Source: Azolla caroliniana
Taxonomy: Eukaryota > Plantae > Polypodiophyta
Reading direction: 5' to 3'
DNA length: 64,000 nucleotides
Assembly (NCBI GenBank): GCA_043228905.1
Contig: JBHGNT010000017.1
Span: forward strand, 16,058,001 to 16,122,000
Shown here: positions 23,585-36,701 of the stretch, one piece after another
How positions within the stretch are numbered: the first letter of the stretch is position 1
How the letters are laid out: the number at the start of each line of letters is the position of its first letter
The notes under the pieces: generated by a model
What the model saw: the letters and a program-made list of their open reading frames with translations, nothing else
The model's database searches: none
Told to the model about the DNA's origin: nothing
Program-made: the position numbers and the translations under genes

Positions 23585-25346
23585 TCCCTCGTTGCCCCCG
23601 ACCTGGATTCCTGCCGATGGCGCATAATTCACGGCCTCAATGTGTCGCGCGGTGGCCTCTTCCATCAGCCTCTTCATTCCACCACGCCCAGTATTCACTT
23701 CCAGGGCTCTCCGAGTCTCGCTAGAGTGCACCCGGCCACCCCAGAGGTACACTGTGTTAGTTCTGAGCGCATCTGCGAACTCCGCGCAGTCTCTGCAGGC
23801 ATGGCCGAATGCGTCGCACCATATGCATCGCTGCCCTGTCGGCGGCCTTCGATCGCGAGACTGGTCGCCGCTGTCCCGTCGTGCCTGCGCGATGTGGAGG
23901 TCGCGCACCATTTGTGTCAATTCTTCTAGCGCCGCTCCTCCGGAGGGACCTTTGACCACGCCGCTTGAGGCCAACCCCGTCTCAAGCCAATTTCGGGTCT
24001 CTTCCTTTCGCGCCAGTGAAGGCTCCTCAAACTGCCTTGCTGGGACGGGTCTCGTTGCCGACAACCCTTCATCATTCCATTCCCATCGTTTGTCGAAATG
24101 GTTGCAGACTCCTTTAACCACAACCCAGTCAGTCGTGAGCCCCTCACCGGTCTCCAACATGAGACCTACCTTCTCTCTGTCCAACGTGTCGACCGCTTTG
24201 ACGAACAACAGTACCCGGCTTGTATCAAGCACGGTCTAGTCCAGTGCCGACAACCGCGCGAACCGCGTTTCAATTTCCTGGAGGAGCGCCTGTGCGCTCC
24301 TCCCCTTTCCAGGGCTTTCAACCCATGCCATGAAATCCCGCTTCGACAATCGAAGCGAGTCATCGAACCCATACCTTTCGAGGAGCCGCTCCCCGAAAAC
24401 TTCCCACTCTAGCATCCGGCCAGCACCTCGAGCACCTCTGCATGGATGGTCGGCGTCACCACTGGAGGGAATCCGGACAACCGCTTGTCTTCAAGGATTT
24501 CTCTCATGATCATCTCGGCCCGATAGGCCTCCAAATAGCTCGTGGCGTTCTTACCACCAAATCGGCCTATGGTGCCGACGATCGATTCTATGGCTCTGTC
24601 GAGGGTACCTGTTCCCTCACGAGCGCTCACTAGCCAGTCAATGGCTACTACCATAGCTTCAACAAGCTCAGATCCCCTCATCTTCAACTCCTTTGCCACC
24701 TCCTTCACGTCGGGTTCACCAAACTATGTTGTGTTACTACGCTTTCGCGGGTGAAATGAGACGGGACCGCGAGGGCCCTGAACCAAGGAGCGTGAGAGAG
24801 GAGAGAGAGAGAGAGAGACAATAGAACAATTTGATTATAACACCAAGAACGATTACAACCGGCGCTCCGGCAATGGACCCAACACAAGAGTCCACACACA
24901 CACACTGATGTCACACGCAAAACACAGAAACGCGAAGGGAGAGCCTCTGCTGGAAGCGCACAGGTTGTCCACGAAACAGAGGCGACGATCTCCAAAACCC
25001 GCAGAGAATGACAACCGAAGGAGGAGAGAGAGAGTTCGGTACACAGCCCGGCAACACTTCGTCCTCGCTAACGCCCGATCCCCTATTCTTCCTTCTCTTC
25101 TTCCTTATATAGGTCGTTGGAGAGAGACCGTTCTCCTTCACGTCGGGTTCACCAAACTTGATTCTCTGTCCCTTCGGATAGAGATACGCATCGATTTCCT
25201 AATAAATATGTCGCACCTAGTATATTTACATCGGCCGCCCTACACATAATTATGTACAAGTTATCAATTCACACGCGCACACATGGAAGGGCCGGTTCGT
25301 GCACGGTTTCTTTTGTTTCCTCCTAGGGACGGTTTTCTCCACAACA
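23585..25346 (-). mobile_element. Truncated LTR element H: 5' LTR (24727..25346), tRNA-Trp-type PBS and gag-like pseudogene
   Basis: TGTTGTG...CACAACA termini; TGGTGAACCCGACGTGA at 24705..24721; gag-like frames 24409..24708 and 23585..24232 with a C-x2-C-x4-H-x4-C knuckle. Confidence 0.8.
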
Positions 25347-25941
25347 CCGTGAAATCGTCCGAGAAGTACTCCTTGCCGCCATCCGATCGAAGACAACGTA
25401 CATGTTGGGCCATGGTTTTCTCGACTTCATTCTTGAAAGTTTGGAAGTGTTCGAACACTTCGCTCTTTTGCCGCATCGGGTAGATCCAAGTGTGCCTAGA
25501 GAAGTTGTTGATGAAGAGCACGTAATATTGACATCTGCCGAATGTAGCCGTCTACACCGGTCCCCATACGTTGGAATGGACTACGTCGAGTAGACCTTTG
25601 CTCACATTCCGCTCTTTCGAGAATGGGTATCGGTGTTGCTTGCCGAATTGGCACGCTTCGCATACACCTTCAATCTCCTTCTCTTTGAATGTCGGGAGTC
25701 CGATGACGACTCCTTTCGATTTCATTGCTTTGAGTTTGTTGAGATTGATGTGGCCGATTCGCTTGTGCCACAACTCTATGTCAGAGTTGGCTTTCATGCC
25801 CTTTGCGAACATGGCTGATTTCATCTCGTTTGAGTCGAGAATGAACATTTGGCCCTCTATTCGTTCACGTGCAATGAGTCGGCCCTCTTTTTCGATGAAG
25901 CAACCGCCTTGATTAAATCGAACTTGCATCCCTTGCTCTAC

Positions 25942-27871
25942 TGGGCACTCGATGCCAACGAAACTTGGGACCTAGTTGATCCTCCCCGTCACTGTAAACC
26001 TATCGGATGCAAGTGGGTGTACAAGGTCAAGTACAACGCCGACGGTTCTGTTAACCGGTACAAAGCCCGGTTAGTGGCGAAGGGATACGCGCAGACCCAC
26101 GGAATCGACTACGACGAGACCTTCGCTCTTGTGGCGAAGATGATGACGGTTCGTGTGGTACTGGCGGTTGCTACGGCAAGGGGGTGGCATCTTCACCAAA
26201 TGAATGTGAAGAACGCCTTCCTTCAAGGAGAGCTTGAAGAAGAAGTCTTTATGACTCAGCCCCCCGGATTTCAATCGGAGATGAACAAATCGGCGGTATG
26301 CCGACTGAAGAAGTCGCTTTACGGCTTGAAGCAAGCCCCCCGAGCTTGGAACGCGAAGATCACGCGCCGGTTGCGTAAGCTGGGGTTTGTTGTCTCTAAG
26401 TCGGACTCTTCGTTGTTCATCCGGCAAGGCTCTGACGGTCCGGTATGTATACTCTTGTATGTGGATGATTTAGTCATCACCGGACCAGGTCTTCCGGAAA
26501 TCAACCACGTCAAGTCCCAGTTGTTGGACGCATTCGAAATGGACCTGGGGGACCTTCATTATTTTCTTGGGAACGAAGTGATCCGGACCCCCGACGGCAT
26601 ATTGCTCTCACAACGACATTACGTGTTGAATATGCTGTATAAGTTCGGCATGACGGATTGCCGACCTGTCTCCACACCCCTGGACCGGAACCAGAAGCTC
26701 CGTCCCAACTCCGGACCGGCCTGCACTGAGAAACGGTTCCAACAGGTTGTCGGAAGCCTGATCTACTTAACCATCACCCAACCTGACATCAGCTATCCCG
26801 TCGGCATGGTAAGTCAGTTCATGCAGAAGCCGACCGTGGAGCACCTTTAGTGCACGCAACGCATATTACGGTATGTCAGCGGCACTAAGGACCGGGGACT
26901 GCTATACCGGCGAGGTATACCCGAAGAGCTTGTCAGTTACACCGATGCTGACTAGGCCGGCGATGCGTCTGATCGCCGCTCCACTTTCGGATACATGTTC
27001 TCCATAGGTAGCGCGGTCGTTGCGTGGAGCAGCGAGAAGCAGCCCACAGTCGCTTTGTCAAGCACTGAGGCTGAGTACCGGGCCGCTACCGTTGCCACTT
27101 GTGAAGCCATCTGGCTTCGGCGACTGCTGCGAGACTTGCGGATCAAGGTGCCGACCCCGATCCAGATTTACTGCGATAACATGAGCAGCCTGCAGCTCAC
27201 TAGGAATCCTGTGTTCCATGCTCGCACAAAGCACATCGAGGTGCACTACCACTTCGTGCGTGAGCGGGTCCTGAGCGGTGAAGTTGACCTACGGTATGTT
27301 CATACGGATCAGCAAGTTGCCGACATCTTCACCAAGCCGCTCGGATCGGACAAGTTGCAGCACTTTACCGACATGCTTGGTATTCAGCATCTCGACGTGC
27401 CGCACTTGAGGGGGAGAAGCAAGGGCAAAGTCTCTACCGAAACTGGCAAAGGCAAAAAAACTATTGAACCCGTCAGTAAGAGGAGAGCCGGAAGAAGAGG
27501 AGACAAGAAGATGTAGGAAGCCGAGTCGATGAAGGAAGTCGACACATCCGAACAGGTCGGAGCAAGCGGCTGTGAAGAAGAGTTGTGCACTCAGGAAGAG
27601 AACTGCATGCTGTGCGGAGGTCATCACGACGGTACTGACCATGATGCGGAGTCGAATGGAGAATTCGATTTCGGTTCACCGGCTGAAGAAGCCGAGGGAG
27701 GCATGGAGAAGGCCAAGACTCGGAAGTGGTCCGATGTGGTGAGCGATCAGCTGCTCAGCCACATCCGTGACGCCAAGACACCGAAGGATGCTTGGGGGAA
27801 CCTGAAAAAGGTTTTCGCCGCAAGCACCACTGCCCGGAAGCTGCAACTCAGACAGGAGTTGAGCAATGCTC
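25942..27871 (+). pseudogene. LTR-less copia RT-RNase H segment plus tail and gag fragment, inverted relative to host element I
   Basis: YKARLVAKG, LYVDD, HARTKHIEV motifs with stops; SDQLLSHIRDAKTPK gag piece from about 27739. Confidence 0.88.
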
Positions 27872-27930
27872 AATGGTCGGTACATGCAAGACATTTTTAA
27901 TGTAATTTTGCTTACCTTCTTTTACGAACG

Positions 27931-27971
27931 TGAAAACGTGAGTGTTTGCGGAAGCGTAAAATAGAGAACAA

Positions 27972-28021
<50 letters not shown>

Positions 28022-31000
28022 ATAACGTAATTTCAAAATTATATCAAGACTCTGCTTATACACACTGTGCTAAGTAGCACTATTTATACAAGTCCTCTTG
28101 GGACTGACAGAAGTACCATGTACTTCAATGCTCACACGAGCATCTGACACTTACTACGAGACTATAGATACCTAGTAGTCTATCCTATTCTAGGCTTCCG
28201 ATTGGACTGCCGGTTACGGATTGCACCCGGCCTCCACTGCTTGCCAGTTCGGTTGCTCACCGTCATACCGATCCGTTTCGCCCGATCCGTCTCGCTTACC
28301 GGCTCCGGCTTATTCAGCCGATCCGGCTCCGGTTGAGCTTGCCGCTCAACAGTCCCCCTCAAGCTCAACCTGAGGTGGGGTCATAGTGTCGACCTCTGTG
28401 GCAGTCGGTTCTTTCAACCGACTTCTCCTGGCGTCACTCCGCCTTGCTCGCGCTCCTCGTCCGGTCCGGTCCCGTTTGCCGCGACCCCTTTGGTTCTGTG
28501 CGCCTCGACCCTCTCGGTCAGTATGTCTGCTCAATAGGCCCATCTCAACAGTCACGTTGCTGTGACTCCGGCGTTTGCCGATCCGTTGGTTTTCCCACGA
28601 TGGCATCGACTTCCGCTGTGTCCGTGTCCCCTTGGCCTTCAGTCGATCCGACTCATCCGGGTCCATCTGTTGATCCGAGTCAGCTGTCTCCGACTCGTTC
28701 CAGCTCTTGTCCGAATCGGTACACTCTGATTCGACTTCCGGCTTCAGGCCTTCGTCCATAGCGGCACGCCAATTTGCGTCCTTTGCCGCTTCTGCGTAGC
28801 TCTCCGGCTCGCGCACTTCTGTCACCTTAGTCATGTACGCATAATGATGCGCCATGTATTCATTGTACCCGTACCGCACGACGAGATCCTTCTGATGGGT
28901 TGATCGGCGCAACGCACTGTCACCTGATTTGAGGCCCTTCTTGGCCAGTTCGGTCTTCATTTCCGAAGATCTGCCTTTCTCCTTTCCGGAGTCAGATACG
29001 CACCGATCCGACTCATCGATGCCGGTTTCGAATTCCAGCATCTTCCTTTTCCCTTTCTCTTAGCGCGTGAACCGTTTCCTCGGTTCCTTGCGCGGGGAGA
29101 GCACGACAGAGTCTCCACCACTTGCCGTCTCTTCATTCGACTGGTCCAACCGACTCAGTCGCTCGTTCGGTCCACTCAACCGTAACGATTCCGGACTCTC
29201 ATCTTGAGTCCCTACATCATCATCCTCTACCAGGGCTGATTCAGGCTCACTGGCCTGATCTTCCAGCATTGGGTCGGGATCGGAAGTCGGAGTCGGTACG
29301 GAGTACCAGGATGCCGATTCATCGAACTCGACATCCCAGCTAACTCGGACTTCCTTCGTCCGGGGGTTATAGCACTTATACCCCTTTTGCTCTTGTGCAT
29401 AGCCGACTAGGATGCATTTTTCCGATTTTGCATCCAGCTTTCTCCGCTTCTGATCTGGCACATGCACATACGCTATGCTGCCGAATATCCGAAGGTGTCT
29501 TAAGTTCGGCTTGCGCCCGAAATACAGCTCATGAGCTGACACCTTGTCACCAATGTGGTTTTGTATGTAGACGACCGTCCGGACCGCCTCCGCCCAGTAG
29601 AACCAGGGCATGCTCTTCTCCTCCAGCATTGTCCTTGCCGCTTCGACGAGTGTCTGGTTCTTCCTTTCGGCCACACCGTTTTGCTCTAGTGTGTATCTGC
29701 ACCTGAACTCTCGCCGAATTCCCTTCTGCTGCAGATAACTAGTGAATTGGCCGGAAAAATATTCCTTTCCGCCATCCGACCGAAGGCATTTGATCTTCCT
29801 TTCCGATTCTCGTTCCACCATCTTCTGGAGGCTCCGGAAACAGTCGAAGACTTCGCTCTTCCGCTCAATGAGGTGGATCCAAGTATGTCGAGTATAGTCG
29901 TCGATGAAGGAGACGAAGTACCGGCTCCCGCCAAGGCTTACACTTTGTGCCGGTCCCCACACATCCGAATGGATGAGATCGAGTTTGTTACTGCTCTGGT
30001 TCTTATCGGTGGGGAATGGAAGCCGGTGTTGCTTCCCAAGTTGGCAGGCTTCATAGATTTCAGCTCTCCGGCCGTTGAACTTCGGTAAACCGAAAACGAC
30101 TTGTTTCGTTTGCAGATCTTGAAGCCTCCGGTAGTTGACGTGGCCTATCCGCTTGTGCCATAGGTCGATGTCCGACTCGACCTTCTGTCGTTTCGCGAAC
30201 AGAGCGGTGCCAATGTCATTGGTGTTGAGGATAAACATCCTCCCGTCTCTGCGCCCTTGCGCAATGACTTCGCCCTCATCCTCAATGAAGCACCCGAGGT
30301 GCGTAAACCGCACCTGCATCCCCTGGTCGACAATCTGACCGACGGACACCAGGTTCTTCGTGATCGTCGGAACGTGTAATACGTTCATCAGCTTCCCTTT
30401 CTGTCCGACGTGGCTTAGAGGGACTTCTCCGACGTGCACGATTGGGTGTGGAGTGTCATCTCCGGTTTCGACTACTCCTGGTTGATCCGGTTTCTCCAGA
30501 AAGGAGAACCACTCTTTGTGGCTCGTCATGTGGTTCGACGCGCCGGAATCAACATACCACACTTCCTCTGTTTTGGAAGTGGTCTTCTTCATTGAGTTTG
30601 CCTTGTGATTCATCACCAAGGCTGGCCCCTTACCGGCCTTTCCGGTTCCGGATCCTCCTGATCCGTTTGCGTAGTGCGAGTTTTGCCGGCCATCCTTACC
30701 GGTCTTGCCGGATCCGGATTTGTCCGAATCGACACGCTTTCTCCAGCACTTGCTTTCCCTGTGGCCTTTTTTGCCACAGTACCAGCATTCCGTAGCAGAT
30801 TTGTCTTGCCGGCCTCCGGCACCGCCTTGACTCCCCCTGCTTGTGGAAGTCCCGGAACTGTTGTCGGCACACTCATAGTGCCTCCATTCCTGCTCTTGCC
30901 GGCCGCCTCCCGACACTGGATGCGAAGCAGTACATCACCCTGCTTGCCGCCTGTTCCCATACCGGGAAGTCCTTGTGTGCCGAGTCTGGCGCCGCATCAT

Positions 31001-31614
31001 TCGCTCCTTCCACATAACTCCAGTACCCGTGTCCAAGCAGGTACTGGTGCATCTTGTAAGACCAGGATGCGTAGTTGCTCCTGTCGAGCTTTTCCACCGG
31101 GAGTGACATAGCCATGCCTCTATCCATGTCTTCTACTGTGTCTGTTTTCGACCTGTTAGGGTTTTCTTCTCAAGAGTAAATGTCTGCAACAAAGGTTCTC
31201 AACCCTCGCGCTCTGATACCATGAAAACGTGAGTGTTTGCGGAAGCGTAAAATAGAGAACAACAGAGAGAGAGAGAGAGAGAGCATAACGTAATTTCAAA
31301 ATTATATCAAGACTCTGCTTATACACACTGTGCTAAGTAGCACTATTTATACAAGTCCTCTTGGGACTGACAGAAGTACCATGTACTTCAATGCTCACAC
31401 GAGCATCTGACACTTACTACGAGACTATAGATACCTAGTAGTCTATCCTATTCTAGGCTTCCGATTGGACTGCCGGTTACGGATTGCACCCGGCCTCCAC
31501 TGCTTGCCAGTTCGGTTGCTCACCGTCATACCGATCCGTTTCGCCCGATCCGTCTCGCTTACCGGCTCCGGCTTATTCAGCCGATCCGGCTCCGGTTGAG
31601 CTTGCCGCTCAACA
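27931..31614 (-). mobile_element. Internally deleted copia element E (no RT or RNase H)
   Basis: LTRs 27931..28351 and 31222..31614, perfect TSD GAACG, PBS 31210..31221, PPT TTGAGGGGGAC; partial gag, protease and integrase. Confidence 0.93.
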
Positions 31615-33659
31615 GAACGGAATATTGTTGATGTGCCGAATCAGGTGCGTAGTGTCATCTCTGGTTTCGACATAACCGGGTCGCTCCGGCTCTCGAAGTT
31701 TGAGAAACCATTCTTTATGAGATGTCATATGGTTTGAGGCTCTGGAGTCAACAAACCATACGTCCTCCGGATTGAGGGCACTAGTTGAGGTAGAGGCTGA
31801 CATAGAGTTTGCTCTAAGTTTCATCATGAACATTCCGCCACGGTCGGAGTTGTATGCGTACATTCCGCCACGATCTTCGTTGTCAGAGTTGTGCCCGTAC
31901 ATTCCGCTATAGTCTTTGTAGTCGGAATTGTGCGCGTAATTCGTGAGTTGTCGGCTTGTGGAAGCCGATTCACGCATCTTCTTTCGACACTCTTCTTTGT
32001 GGTGGCCGAGCTTTCCGCAATATCCGCATTCGGTTGCATTTTGACGGCTTGGGCCAGAGTGGAAGCTCCCCCTTCTTGGGAAGGTTCCTCGTTGGCTTCT
32101 GTTTTGCAGCCGAAATTGGGAGTTGTTATCGTAGATCGGACCTCGTCCACCTTGTCCTTGGCCGAATCGCCCTCTCAACCATCCGCGTCCTCTTCCTCCG
32201 TTCGAGTGCGTGTAGAGCATGTGGCCTTCCGACTCATTGCTCCTTGTACACATGTGGTTTTCTTCGACCAATAGCATTGATTGGAGCTCGAAGAAGGAGG
32301 GAGATTTCTCCCGTGCTAGAACGGCGGTTCGCATCGTGCCGAACCATGGTGCGAGGCCACCGAGGCATATTTGAACCATCTCATCATCATCAATATTTAC
32401 ACTTATTGAGCCGAGCAAATCACAAAGCTCCTTGATCTTCAAGGTGTATGTCATGATGGACATGTCCCCTTGTTGAATGTTGTTCAACTCTTGGCGGAGT
32501 TGAAGCCTTCTTGTGGTTGTATTCGCCACGAAAATCTTTCGTAGATTTTCCCATGCCTCCTTCGGCGTCTTGGCTTCGCGAATGTAGCCGAGCATGTGAT
32601 CGTGAACACATGTCGCCAAGCAATATATCACGCGGCTTGCGGCTTGCTCCCATGTCGCGTATTCGAGAGCCGCTTCAGCAGGTCGGTCTTTATGTGCTCC
32701 TTTGATGTAGCTCCAATAGCCTTGTCTGATAAGGTATTGGTGCATCTTGTACTCCCAAGATGCAAAGTTGTTTCGATCCAACTTCTCGGTAGGGAGAGCG
32801 CTCCCCATTTGAGTATTCATTATGTCAATTCTTCTTCTTCTTCTTCTCTCTTCGAATGCGAGCTATGTAGCGAAGCTACGATAACGATGAGTCGGTTCTT
32901 GGTCGTTGGCGTGGATCACAACACACGATCACAATGAGGCGAATGGGCTAGATCGAGCTACCAAATCGCTCTGATACCATGTAAAGAATCGGGTATGATT
33001 CTTGTGTAGCGGAATAGGTGTGAATTGTGTGTGTGTATGAGAGAGAGAGTGTGTGTGTGTGTGAGAGAGACAAGGAGTAAGACACAGAGAATACGCAAGG
33101 TAAAAGTATATTAACAAAGGAGAAAGACTTAACTTAATACAAGGTGGGAGGAGGGTGCTTTATATAGTCACCCTCTCTCTTCATTAACTACAAGACTCAT
33201 GGAGCATGGGGAATGTGAAAGCTCATAAGTTATGTGTCATAGAATATGATTCTATGACTCATACTAAATGCTAGAATACAAAGAGGTGACATAATGGTGA
33301 CTCTTGACCGTTGGAGTGTCTATTCACTCTGAAGGTGAGTTCACACACTAGACCAAGTTGAGCTTGATTCTCAACATATTTTATTACAGATCTTCCACAT
33401 TCTAAGGGGTTTAATGTTATAATTACAGTAGTTGATCGATATACTAAAATGACACATTTCCTAAAGACATCACTAATGAGGAAACAACAAATCTAGTCAT
33501 GCATGAAGTACTTCCTCACCAGGGTCTCCAAACAACATCATCAGTGATCACGGCCCACCATTTATATTTCAATTTTGGAAGCCTCTCTTCACAATGCTCA
33601 AAGCCTCTTGCAAAGTCTCATTAGGCTATCATCCACAAACTAATGGTCAAACAGAGCAT

Positions 33660-35687
33660 TGTAGTAAAGATCACGGTCGTGTATCACAATCGTGTTGATT
33701 TTGTGAGTGGAGGACAATGTCGTAATGTGGGAAGAGTATAGACAGAATAGAGTTAGGGTTGTTATATATTAAAAGTTGAATGGTAGAACAACTATATAAT
33801 GAGGAAATATATGAGTTAAAATTAACAATGTAAAGGCTTAGCTCAATTGATAAGAGCTTGTGCTATGTGTGGGAAGGTAGAGGTTCAAATCGCTGCTAAA
33901 ATTGAGAGAGAGAGTTAGGGTTGCGAATCAAGAGGGTCTTGTGCAAGATCAATGATGACAAAAGACACACGAAGTGGTCGTTGTTCTTGTGATGGCATAC
34001 CGAAAGTTGAGGATTTCCCTTTAAAGCTCTACTCATGATCGTATCCTCTCCATATACTCCTATAATGCTATCCTTCTTTTGTCTCTTGTTCATTCCATGT
34101 AACTGAGTCCTCGTTGTACTTACACACCCCTCCTAAACTTACAAATGCTTATAAAATTTTAATATAATATATATTTCTCTTATTCTATGCAAATCCTTGT
34201 TAGTATTTGGTACAAAGAATTTGCCACAAGGATCATGTCAGAATTTTCGACTCAAAATTCCGAGGTCGAGCACAAAGTTACATGAATTTTAAAATAATTG
34301 GTGTATAACAATCACTGAACTATCTCCTCGGAAAACTCGTCACCTCTGTACAAAGGCTTCGTCACGAGGATCATGATCGATTTTTCAGATTTTAATTCCA
34401 ACCTGCAATCATGAAGTAGCATGCCCCTAAAAAATTTATCTTGTTTTTCCTAGTAATTACCTTTCATGCATCTATAAAACTTCTCAAGTTTATTTATTTA
34501 TCTTTTGTGCCCCTAAATAACTCTAATTTTTCCAATTACCTTCCATGCTCCTTTAAAACTTATCAGGTTTATTTAATTAACTTTCATGAACATATAAAAT
34601 TTATCTCATTTTTCTAATTACTTTATTGTGCCCCTATAAAATTTATCTTATTCTTTTAATTACCTTTTATTCCCCTATAAAACCTATCTAGTTTTCTAAT
34701 TATCTTTCGTGCTCCTATAAAATTTATCTAATTTTCTCAATTATGTTTCATGCCCCTATTAAAACTTATCTCGTTTTACTAATTATCTTTTGTACCCCTA
34801 TACAAACTTAACTAACTTTTCTTAAATTACCAATTTTGCCCCCGCCCAAGTCACAAATATAATGATATTAAAACTTATCTATTTCTTTTTAATTACCCTT
34901 CATGACCCCTTCACAAGGCTACCAAAAGTAAACAAGAGCACGAACGGCGTCACCATCCTTCACCATCCATCCTCGGAAAATTAAAACAAATAAAAGAATA
35001 AAAGAAAAGAAATAAATACAAATAAATAAATAAAATCATCATAATAATAATAATAAATTACAATAATTATTGCGCACTCGATGACTTTCGAACACACATC
35101 CAAACAAGTATGGGCACTTTGACAACCTCGAACATTGTACCCACGAGGCTTTGCTAACCCATTCTCTCCAGTTTAAGTCCCAATTCACAAGCACACACGT
35201 AACTTCACGATAATGATCAATATAACAAGGGTTAGACGTGGATGGTGTGATGACAATGAGATGAGACATATATGTGAAATGGTCGAGAACAGAAAATTAA
35301 CTAGTTGTCAAGACATATGTCTTTTTCTTAGTACTTTTCTTTAAATTAGTCTGTCTATTAATAACTTTTCTTTTGCTCGCAGCCTCCTTGATGTCACGCC
35401 TTCTTCACAATGCCATTTGTGAGCTCCTCCTTTCCAAGCCTTCTCCCACCATGGGAGAGGGGCTTTCATGGGGGGCTAGACCCTCTCTTCTTCCTTTGGT
35501 GCCCTCCTTGAGGCGGCTTGCCTCATCACCTCAACCAGCAAACAATTTCGTTCTTTTTAAGTAATTTATTTATGTATAGACTATCGACCTTTAAATAGTC
35601 AATCCCCACTTTTTCACAAATTAGAAAATTGACCTTATTTTATCTCAACCCCCACACCCTTTACATAATTACTTTTTTGTCCCTACA
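33660..35687. repeat. Unclassified ~2 kb insertion (TGTAG...CTACA), possibly an old solo LTR
   Basis: 5-bp terminal inverted repeat interrupting the integrase remnant; no matching TSD found. Confidence 0.35.
34420..34920. repeat. Degenerate AT-rich tandem repeat (~43 bp unit)
   Basis: Recurring CCCCTATAAAA(C/T)TTATC...TAATTA(C/T)CTTT units. Confidence 0.75.
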
Positions 35688-36701
35688 ATCTTGATCTTGA
35701 CAATATTCTTCCAGACATGCTCCTTGTCATTTTCATTTAGATCAACTACAAGAGATTCATGTGGATTTCTACTCATCTATAGGAAGCTTAGAAACAAACA
35801 AATCCAATTTAGATCAACATCAACTTCCATCCCCTTTTCAAGTTTGAGATCGAGTATGATTATTACAACATCATATAAAGACTAGTAGACCATGTGCCAA
35901 ATTGGATTATCAATGGTTAGGCCCTTTGTCATTAATGGAAAAGTCAATGATGTAATCTTTCATCTTGATCTTTCCCCACAATTGCGACTATATCCATTAT
36001 TTCATAGTTCTCTCTTAGAACCATGTTGAATAAGTTATATTCCGAATCCTAATATACACCTTGAACTTGAGGATTGATCAGAGTACATGGTTGTTGCTAT
36101 TTTTTATTCCATAATTGTTCTCAAAAAGCTATTATTTGGTGGATTGGCTAGGTTATAGTCCACGTGACCACACTTTGGAACCAATAGAGAATGTTGCAAA
36201 TGCTCAAACGCTTAGCGCGGAATTTCATCAACACCACCCAAACAAACCAAGTCCTTGACCAAGGTCATGAATATTGTCCACTATCAAAAAAGTGAATTTT
36301 ATCAACAATACCCAAACAAACAAGGTCCTCATGAGTCTTGCCTTTCTTTTTATATCTTGCATACAAATTCAAAAAAAGTTTCTTCCCCTTAAAATAAATA
36401 ACCATCCTTAACTTCTACTTTGTAACCCAATCTTATAGCATATTTCAACTCTTTTGTATAGATATGACGTCACCATGTTGCCACTCTTTTTTGCTTTCTT
36501 GCCTCTCTTTATATATCTCGCTTACAAATCAAATAAAAGTTTCTTTCCTTTAAAATAAATACCCATGCTTAACTTCTACTTTATAACCTAATCTTATAGC
36601 ATGTTTTAACTTTTCGAAATAATCCAAAGAATTCATGAATAGTCTGAATACTAAGGAACATTCTAGAAAATTGAGGAATACTCCAAAAGGCCCTATAAAT
36701 A

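Larger units (their letters stand above)
25347..33376 (-). mobile_element. Ty1/copia element I (5' half, fragmented)
   Basis: LTR 32980..33376, PBS 32968..32979, gag-PR 31620..32820, continuing at 27872..27930 (NVLHVPTI) and 25347..25941 (LWHKRIGH, integrase). Confidence 0.88.
33377..36260 (+). pseudogene. Degenerate chromovirus integrase and chromodomain remnants (33377..33659 and 35688..36260)
   Basis: FITDLP, GYHPQTNGQTE, KLDYQ.LGPF, DWLGY and EP.ENVANA motifs, heavily mutated. Confidence 0.75.

Noticed and set aside
36337-36611. Diverged ~115-bp direct repeat
   Set aside because: An old local duplication in TE debris with no sign of function.
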